From assembly GCA_028534125.1 (NCBI GenBank), contig CM052817.1:28212001-28276000 (forward strand): a stretch of DNA of 64,000 bases, in the 5' to 3' direction. The notes beneath the pieces are model-generated. The model saw only the letters and a program-made list of their open reading frames with translations, made no database searches and was not told the DNA's origin. Shown here one piece after another: positions 55,072-64,000 of this stretch. The translations under genes were made by a program, and so were the position numbers. This DNA comes from Lama glama. Taxonomy: Eukaryota. How positions within the stretch are numbered: the stretch's first letter is position 1; each line of letters opens with the position of its first letter.

Positions 55072-55464
55072 TGTGGTGGAAGGCGTTAGCACCCCTCATT
55101 GCTCCCTCCTCCCTGTGTCTGTGCCCTTTGTCATGTACCTTGGCAGTGGCTTCCTACCGTGATGCTGGCCCCATGCATGCGACTTTCATTGGCCCATGTT
55201 AGGCGGAAGTGATGGTAAGCCTAGTCTTTAAGAGACCTCGCGTGTTCCTGCTTGCTCTGGTTCTTCTAACATCCTCCTGAGAAGGCATGCTCATCCCGGG
55301 AAAAGGACGTGGACAAGTTTTAAATCACTCCAGCCAGTCCGACACAGCACTGAACCTGCAAAAGCATGAGAAATAAACATTTATTGTTGTCTGCCTGTCA
55401 CTGAAGTGCCATTGTTTGCAGTGATTTCATGGCAATGAGTTTATGGTAATAGCTAACTAACACA
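55072..55464 (+). mobile_element. Old MLT1-type MaLR LTR
   Basis: tgtggtgg...gcggaagtgatg...taagagacctcgcgtgtt...gagaaataaaca...aatagctaactaacaca. Confidence 0.7.
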
Positions 55465-56009
55465 ATTTAAAGGCAGATTTTTTAATAAAGGAAGAAAATG
55501 AAGTCTGTACAATTTAAGGGAAAAAAGTGAGAATTACCCAATGACAATGAATAGAGTCATTTTTTTTTTGAATCATGAAACTCTCAGCTTTATTACCAAG
55601 CACACACCCTGCTACTCCATCCAGTCCTCAGAGAAAGTTTACATGTGTATTAGGTGTGATGGCAACAGTGAGTTGCCATCATAATCCAAATGACTTTATA
55701 ACTTTAATTGTATTATTGCATGTTCTGGAAATATTGCCCGTGATTATAATGCTATAATGCTGTGTGAACAGAATTTTTACACAAGCTCTCAAAAACTAAT
55801 GTGTTTAAATGAATGTGGCCCTCAGAGCCCTCCTACTGCAAGACTATTCAATTATTTTAATAATGTTACTATAGGTTAAAAATTTCTCTTTGCAATTACT
55901 TTCCGAGCCAGTTTATGAATCAGTAAGAAAATCCAGGTTATTTACTTCACAGTCACAGCTTGTGAATGCAGAACACAATGTTATTTTAAAGCTCATTAAC
56001 ACACTTTTG

Positions 56010-57070
56010 ATATAATTGAGCACTGACCCAGACAGCTTTAACCCTGTAAACTTGATTAAACTTTAGGCAGATTTCTTCCTTATGATAATCCCCTGACCTC
56101 CCATTTCTTAGCACTTTTACTTTAGACAACTTGCAATTGTAAATTCTTTTTTTTGGCCCATAGCATGTAAATTTCTCAACCTCTTGCCAGTTTTACAACC
56201 CAGGGATGACTTTCCCAAAGACCTGAGGGTCATCCTTTTGAATGCAATTATCAAGAAAGATAATAGTCAAGACATGGAAACAACCTAAATGTCCATCGAC
56301 AGATGGCTGGATAAAGAAGTTGTGATATATTTATACAATGGAATACTACCCAGCCATAAAAAGAATAAAATAATGCCATTTGCAGCAACATGGATGGACC
56401 TGGGGAAATCATCATTCTAAGTGAAGTAAGCCAGAAAGAGAAAGAAAAATACCATATGATATCATTTATATGTGGAATCTAAAAAAAAGATAAATGAACT
56501 TATGTATAAAACAGAAACAGACTCACAAACATAGAGAACAAACTTATGGTTACCAGGGGGGAAAGGAAATGGGAAGGGAGAAATTGGGAATTCAAGATTT
56601 GCAGGTACTATTATATATAAAATAGATATACAACAAGTTTCCTCTGTACAGCATAAGGAACTATATTCCATATCTTCTAGTAACCTATTATGAAAAAGAA
56701 TATGAAAATGAATATATGTATGTATATATATGACTGAACTATTATGCTGTACACCAGAAGTTGACACATTATAAACTGACTATACTTCAATTAAAAAAAA
56801 AAGAAAGCACTCCCACCTTTCAATCTCTGTGGAAGGGGAGAAGCCTAATTTAGATAAGCACCAATCAGCAAACACAGATGGACTAATCCCACTGACTAAC
56901 TTCCACCCTGAAGTCCTCCAGGACTTCTCCACTAGCTCATCCCTCAGGCAGAAACCCTCCCACCTTGTGTTGCAGTGGAGTGGAGTTCAATCCCTCTTCC
57001 CTATTGCAGGATACTTGGGTAGAGTTATCTTTGCTTGTTTAACTCTGCTGGATGCAAATTTTCTTTGACA
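56010..57070 (+). mobile_element. MER34/MER39-like ERV1 solo LTR, split by an L1 insertion
   Basis: aaactttaggcag...acttgcaattgtaaattc...ccagttttacaacccagg [L1] ...agcaaacacagatgg...ttttctttgaca. The left boundary is approximate. Confidence 0.7.
56260..56800 (+). mobile_element. 5'-truncated young L1 (ORF2 C-terminus KTWKQPKCPSTDGWIKKL*YIYTMEYY + 3'UTR + poly-A)
   Basis: Recognisable ORF2 C-terminal motif and poly-A. TSD aagaaag (56253-56259 / 56801-56807). Confidence 0.92.
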
Positions 57071-58391
57071 AGGCAGAATAATAATCTGAACTGGTTTTCT
57101 CAAAACAAATCAAGCCCAGTATGTATACCTTTAAAAAATTATTATTATTGTAACCAAACCCAATATAAAGAAGAAAATGGAAGCAATTTTGTATAAATTC
57201 TTACCTGAGAAGCTCTTAAAAGTCAATTTCCTTTGCTCTCATTCCTTTTGAGAGTTTTATGTTTAGTCATTTCTTAACACACTGAATTGGCACTTCAAGA
57301 TTTGAAGGTACATAATTCTTCAGAGATTAGCTTTCTTCTCCTTTGAATTCATCCCTTTAAATTTTACTAATATTGAAGTAACGTCCTCTCTCCATAGAGG
57401 CTTAAGATGTTTAAACGTGAAATGTGGGGACTTTCTTCAATGTAACTGTGACATAAAGGATATTTTATATTCCGTTTTAATAGGATATCACACAGTACTC
57501 AGTGGTGAAATATTTGGGGTAGGCAATTATGTTCCTTTAATGGGATCTCTTTTGATGATGCCACTATCAGTCGTTGTTAATAACAACAAAACAACTGCGA
57601 TAAAAATTATCTTTGCTAAGCAGTGGAACTTTTGAGGCATCTTGGAGGAAATTTTGAGATTCTCAAGGTTCTTTCTACTGGTTATATTAATTTGGTTAAT
57701 CATTTGGAGCTAGCGTCAATGTGTTTCTAGAAATGTCTAAACAGTTGCCTTTTCTTAGGTCAGTTTCTTTTTTAATAATATGAGGGAGAGAAGAGAGATT
57801 TTGGAGGATGTAAATTAACCAGAGCTGAGGAGAGAAATAAAATGTGTGCTAAAGAAAATTTGCCTTTACATGATAGAAAGATATTCAAGCAAGGCGATAT
57901 TAACTTTTTAAAAACTAAATATAGAGGAAAGACAGCACCCTTTCACAGAAACATATACAAACAAGGAATAAGGGAGGATGATGACAGAAATTTCTCATCA
58001 TGAATGAGTATTAAATACTGTTTATTGAACACAGGTATGAGGCCTTCTTCACTGGCCACTAAGCTGCACCTGGTACATCCATTTTACTTTTTGCATCATA
58101 AGTTGGGATACTTGCCCTGGTAATTGTAAATGTTTGCAAAGAGGACAGTAAGGTAAACTGCTGTCAGTAAATGCGGAAGTTGAGCTTAAAATCTTTTTGT
58201 ACGATGTGGTGAGCTAAAGCTTATCTACTCTATTAGAGCTTCAGAGAGAAAAGATGCTGGATGGGGTGGTGATAGAGTTGGAGAGAATCAGAGATTAAGA
58301 AAAAATGTGAATGCCAAACAGTAAAATTATAATGAGATTATCTTGATAGAAGAAAACAAGTGGTAAACACTTTGCTAGCTTTTTGACGGCA

Positions 58392-58410
58392 GTGTCAGCA
58401 GGTGGCGATA
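58392..58410 (+). promoter_or_regulatory. Candidate CTCF binding motif
   Basis: GTGTCAGCAGGTGGCGATA compared with consensus TGGCCACCAGGGGGCGCTA. Motif match only. Confidence 0.45.
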
Positions 58411-58793
58411 GTGTGCTTCTAATAGGTGATGGTATGCGCTGGGAAAGTCGGTTTGTGGGTTGTGGAGATGCACTGCTCTTCTCCGCAGGGTGTCTGGGGA
58501 TGTGAAATGTGCACTCCAGTACAAATCTGAGATGCATAATTCTTTTAGAATATATAATATATTAAACACATGCATGTACAGATAATTTGCATTTGTAATT
58601 ACAAATTCATGAGTTATTTCTAAAAAAAAAAGCCTAATAATAAAAACGTGTGTCTGAAATTACTCAACGTAAGTTTTAAAAAAATTTCCAGGCTCAGTTC
58701 TTCTAAATTTCTTTTAAGTTCTGGACCAGTTCATCTGTCAAGGGACACATTGTTTTGTAGGCCGAAAATTAGGAAAATTGGCAGTGTGCTATC

Positions 58794-58958
58794 CAGCAGA
58801 GTTCTTCAAACTTTAATGTGATGTACGTTACCTAAGAATCCTGCAAAATGTGGATTTGGGTTCAGCAGATCCAGGTGGAACCTGAGATTCTCATTCCTAG
58901 CAAGTCCCCTGATACTGCTGACGCTGTAGGTCTTCCTACTACACTTTGTATAACAAGG
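58794..58958 (+). mobile_element. MER5-like hAT-Charlie MITE
   Basis: cagcagagttcttcaaactttaatgtg...cctgagattctcatt...gatactgctgacgctg...cacactttg...aagg. Confidence 0.7.
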
Positions 58959-61900
58959 CTATTCAGGAATTCCTACCAGATCTATGCTCAGCCCTGGTGA
59001 TCTTTAACTAGATAAGTCACCTTGGTGAGGTCATTTCATTACTTTGACTCTCTAATAATAAAACAAACAGAAAAGTAAAATAATGTCTCTTCTGTATTTT
59101 GGTTTATAGCAATCATCTTAGAATCCTATAAAACCCTGAGTCATCTATCAAAGAAAATGTTGTTATGTACTCAGATAATAAGTTGGGCATACCAACTTGA
59201 AAGTTTTAAATAATGTTTGACACATGAAAATAAAATTATTGACTAAATGTGAAAAGTTAATTTAATTCTGATTTTAGTTTTCTGGACTGACTGACTTTTC
59301 ACCCAAAGAGGTGATTAAACTATAAGATGAGTGTAATGAAAGCTATCTCAAATGAAAACATTGACAGCAAATCTAAAAACTGGGTGAAATACATCACTGA
59401 AAAGAATGAAAAAACAAGTAGCTCTGGATAATTTAATTACATAATTATGATTTTAAATAGTACCCAAAGAAGAAATGACAAGGCAATTGTGAGTCATTTA
59501 ATTACGTGATTGTAATAATAAATTACTATCTCAGTAGGGGTATCGAGATCAGTAAAGACCACTTAGTTGCTGCCCACGATGTCAGGGAGGTGGCGCTAGC
59601 CCGGGCAGGCACAGACACTGCTCCTTAAGTCGAGTCTTCCTGCTAAGTTTGATCCCTCATTTGTTTCCCTGAGTAAAAGTTCCCCGACACATACTGCTTG
59701 TCCATATGTGTCCCGGCTGTAGGACACTGACTACGGGCAGTTTTATTTCATTGGGCATTTGTTACCTTTGTAATTCATGCTGGCATATTCAGCAACTGAG
59801 TCATCACAAGTAAATGGCTTCTCAGACTGGCAGGCACCATGAAGCAGCCTCAGTTTCCTCACCTATAAAATGTGAGTTTTAGCAGAACCTAATTTTATAA
59901 AGAGGAAATTACAGGAGCCATGATACTTGGAAACACAGCTCTGATAGAGTAAGCCGTCAGTGCGTGTTAACTGCGGTTGCTCCGTTTGCCAGCATTGTTA
60001 TCAGCAGTTGCTATTGCTGGACTACAGGAATGGATATTAGCTTATTTCTGAGTTCGTAGATTGTGGTGACCTTGGGACACATTAATAGCCAGAATTCAAC
60101 GCTCAGTTATGAGCTACTACTCTGTTTCACAGTTTCAGCCTTGTTTTAAAGTGATAGTTTTCTTGTAGGTATTATTTTAATCTTTGGCAAAAGTTTTATC
60201 CTCTCTTAAGAAGGAGTCAAGTTAGCTGATTCATTACTCTAACACTCAGGTAATTCTGTACATATTTTTAATATTACAGGTAATTGTCATTACTAATAAC
60301 TTTTGTAGTCTTTCTTATAAAAGCACTAACCACCTTTTGCATTTTTCACATTGACCTTAGAAAGCATAACAAGATGAATTTTCCTGAAGATGAATTCTTC
60401 CAAAGGTGAATCAAAATATTCAAGTGCAGGTGCATTTAGTGAATTTCATGTGTGCTGTGTGCTTTGGCGGAGCTGGCTTCTTTAAGACTCATAGCCATTC
60501 CATCAAGTAGGTAGGTAGGGGTTGTTATCTGATTTCCATAGATGAGGAATTAGATTTAAAATGTGAGTTCAGTTCTTTTTCCGCAGCCACACAATTTCTA
60601 AGCAGTGGAGAAGGATTTCAAGTCCAGGTCTCACTGCTCAGGCCCATCAATTACTCTTTTCAAAACCACGAAGCGTCTTTGAACTTAACGAGGAGGTCTG
60701 GGTGGGTGCTTCACGGGGTTGTTGAGTTCAACCCTGGGTAGGTGTATTCGCCCACTCGGGGACGTAATTACAAGCTGTGAAAATTATAAATACGAGCAGC
60801 GCTGTCGCAGGGAGGAACAGACTGCTGGTACAGATGGTGAATTGGAGGTGGAGGCAGCGTGTCAGAGAAGGACTCGGTCTCCTCGCTTTACAGATGAGAA
60901 AGCGGGGTCCTGACGGATCGCAGGACTGGGTGAGGTCGCTGAGGGAGGTGACAGGACAACACCAGGACCTGCGTCTCCCCCCTCAAGACCCAGAAGTTTT
61001 CACTTGGTGTCTTTTTGTTAATTAGTATTTGCAGATAGCCTGGTAGGTTGTAAAATTCAGTAACTATTTTTCTCGGATGTGTGTAGCACTATAAACACGT
61101 GTCTTAAAAAAAGAAAAAGAAGTCCTTTTCCCTGAGGAAAAGATATTAAGAATAGTTACAATATTTAAGTGAATTTTTGTTGTGTATTAGTGTATGTCTT
61201 TATACCACTATACATACATATATATACAGAGAGGGAGAGAGAAATAGAGATAGAGAGAGAAAAATAAGTAGATGTTAACCATATAAAATTGAAGACACTA
61301 ACCCAAGGCTGATTATTAAACTTCTGCCTGGCATCAGAGATGATCTCAAGGTAGAGACCACTAACGGTACCCAAAATACCCAAGACATGACCTTCAAGGA
61401 AAACAGCCTTGGAAAAGAATGATCAGAATGACAGAGAATTTTGCAAAGACTTTATCTTTTATGGGCACCAACAACAGCATGTGTTGGCCCCACAGCTTAT
61501 TTCTGACGCTCTGGAAACTGCTCGCTGAATCCAGCACAGCAGTCATCCACTGGAGGGTGGTTACATGAAACAAGGGTTGTCAAGGGGGTGAACCTGTTCC
61601 ACGGCCGCCGTGTGAAATGGAGTGCCTTCACAGAAGAGCCTGTCACACCCAGTTCTGGGTCAGGGGTGTTGGTGTGAGGCGAGCAGAACAGAGAATTAGA
61701 TACACGAGGTCACTGAGCGGTCAAGCTTAGGGCCAGTCTATGAGCTTGATTCTCACGTTTATGGTTGATACATGTGAAGTTTTTGTTCAACTTTGTCTTC
61801 CTTGCCTAATGCATGGGGCTGAAGCTAACAGTGCTGGATGTTCAAAATGGAAAGCTAGCATGGCTGATTTCCTGGGGCCTCTGAGGACTAAACGCTCATG

Positions 61901-62238
61901 GGTGGGTGGCAGAGTGTCCTTAAGGGTGAGGCGGAGTCTGCAGGGAGAGGCCCCTGAGTTAGGGGGAGCCTTCTTCACCGAGGTCACAGTATTAAGCCAA
62001 TCTTTGCCAAGCTTTCAATTCCCCAAACTCCTTTTTACAGATTTTCCTCAGTGAATTTGAAATTTTCATTTTTATTTTTACCTCATTGTCCTTATTAAGT
62101 GTAAACAATTATCTGTCACATGGTTATTTTATTCAAATGTATAAAATCATTAATTAGACTATTTGATTACCCTAAGGTAACACTTCGTATCATACTGAGT
62201 TGTCATCACTTTAGCCAAAGCGAAATTAAACACAACTA

Positions 62239-62738
62239 NNNNNNNNNNNNNNNNNNNNNNNNNNNNNNNNNNNNNNNNNNNNNNNNNNNNNNNNNNNNNN
62301 NNNNNNNNNNNNNNNNNNNNNNNNNNNNNNNNNNNNNNNNNNNNNNNNNNNNNNNNNNNNNNNNNNNNNNNNNNNNNNNNNNNNNNNNNNNNNNNNNNNN
62401 NNNNNNNNNNNNNNNNNNNNNNNNNNNNNNNNNNNNNNNNNNNNNNNNNNNNNNNNNNNNNNNNNNNNNNNNNNNNNNNNNNNNNNNNNNNNNNNNNNNN
62501 NNNNNNNNNNNNNNNNNNNNNNNNNNNNNNNNNNNNNNNNNNNNNNNNNNNNNNNNNNNNNNNNNNNNNNNNNNNNNNNNNNNNNNNNNNNNNNNNNNNN
62601 NNNNNNNNNNNNNNNNNNNNNNNNNNNNNNNNNNNNNNNNNNNNNNNNNNNNNNNNNNNNNNNNNNNNNNNNNNNNNNNNNNNNNNNNNNNNNNNNNNNN
62701 NNNNNNNNNNNNNNNNNNNNNNNNNNNNNNNNNNNNNN
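62239..62738. other. Assembly gap (500 N)
   Basis: Run of N. Confidence 1.
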
Positions 62739-62779
62739 TGTGAAAAGACAAGAATGAGGAAAGGAATAATGTTGAGAAG

Positions 62780-63450
62780 TTTGAAAAACATAGGGAACAG
62801 GAGACACAGGCTTCCTGGAAGGGACAACAAGAAAACTTAACAGATTTGAGACTTGAACTGGATTTAGAATAATGGAGCTATAACTTAAGAGTGCGGTTCA
62901 TGGACAGACATTTTGAATAACAAGAGCTTGAATGTGGTCAGAGAGACAGGGAATACTGTTTGCCTCTCAGGGAGTTGTGAATCCAGCTGGCATGGTGTTT
63001 AAGGGGTGTGCTATGACACATGATGAAGACTGGATAAGCAGTTACTAAAATACTGCTGGGAATCCCTAGTTCTCGCAGAAGAATTTGGACATGGACTGTA
63101 TGCTGTAAGCAATTGGATATTGAATGAGCAATTGACTATTTAGATCAAGAGACTGTCTTTTTGAGTAGAAAATTAACTATTTTACGAAGATAACTCAGGT
63201 GGTAAGAGATAGGATAAATGAAAGGAGATGTAACCTGGAGTCAGAGAGACCCATCTGGAGGCTACTTCAACAATTCAGAAGGGAATTGATGAAGGCCTGA
63301 CTTAGCAATGCAAGAGAATACGGAACTGGGGCATATACGGGAAATGTTTCAGAGACAAAACAGTGTGAATGACTGAGGGACAGTGTAGGAGGGTAGAAGG
63401 GTTTGAGGAAAGACAGAGGTGGATGCGGAACCCTGAGTCATCAGGGAGGA
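62780..63450 (-). mobile_element. Degraded L2 fragment
   Basis: Purine-rich L2-antisense motifs (ggcttcctggaa, gaatttggac, ggaggctacttcaacaattcag...gatgaaggcctgac). Confidence 0.5.
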
Positions 63451-64000
63451 TGGCGTGGATTTGGTGTTCTAGGCAGGTGGACCCTCGTCCCCCAGCCCTA
63501 AATCTGCACTCTTTGACAATAAAGCCTTCAGACAGACAGGGATCACACTCACCCCAGGGTGCCCAGGAATCTGTATTTATCTTTGGAAATCCTGAAGTTT
63601 TGAGTCTAAATGTCTGCAGGGATAAGAATGTGTCAACTAAAAGAGGCAGAAGAAGAAAGAGTAGATAGGAAAAGACTGCTATTTATCTTTGACTAAGTTC
63701 CCACTGTGAGCAGGAAATGACACTAGGACTAAAAACACAAAAACATGGAAGACTTATTGCCTAGCACTTAACATTCTACAATCTAGGGAACTAGGAAATA
63801 ATCTAAAGAATTAATTAATAATCAAGGCATTGTAGGTTCACTTTGAAATGAGTGCCTTAGAAAATAAACTCCCCAAATGTTCAGAAAAGATTTCAAAGAG
63901 AACTAGATTGTTAAAAAAAAATCACTTGATGAAATGAAAGTTAATCTTCCATACTAGGGCAGAACTTAGCTAAGCAAAGCAGAGTGGGGAGAACATTCTA

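Noticed and set aside
55657..55681. 10-bp inverted repeat tgatggcaac/gttgccatca resembling RFX half-sites
   Set aside because: The half-sites are in the wrong order for an X-box, and short hairpins like this (also 17073-17102 and 27442-27473) are expected by chance in 64 kb.
59580..59600. Second CTCF-like motif (AGGTGGCGCTA)
   Set aside because: The 5' half of the core (CCAC/GC) is mismatched, so it is only a partial match.

Overview
Mammalian (eukaryotic) genomic DNA, probably camelid: the tRNA-derived SINEs and young L1 3' ends resemble alpaca/camel families. It is AT-rich and repeat-dense, with four fixed 500-N scaffold gaps. The only host coding sequence I can support is the 3' half of GRXCR1, a hair-cell stereocilia/deafness (DFNB25) gene, on the + strand. 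It comprises a 66-bp exon at 27105-27170 and the terminal exon CDS at 37945-38124, which encodes four CxxC motifs, with AATAAA at 38221. Neither exon is in the ORF track. Bases 1-27104 are probably intron 2, and the region after ~38.3 kb looks intergenic. The rest is L1, L2, MIR, solo LTRs (ERV/MaLR), hAT MITEs (MER3, MER5, MER53), SINEs and microsatellites. I found no convincing novel biological system. The best leads are a young antisense L1 with a CpG-rich 5'UTR ~2.9 kb upstream of GRXCR1 exon 3, a 14-nt motif shared by both splice acceptors, and a miR-1302-like MER53 hairpin. Repeat family names come from recognition by eye, not a search, and most repeat boundaries are approximate.
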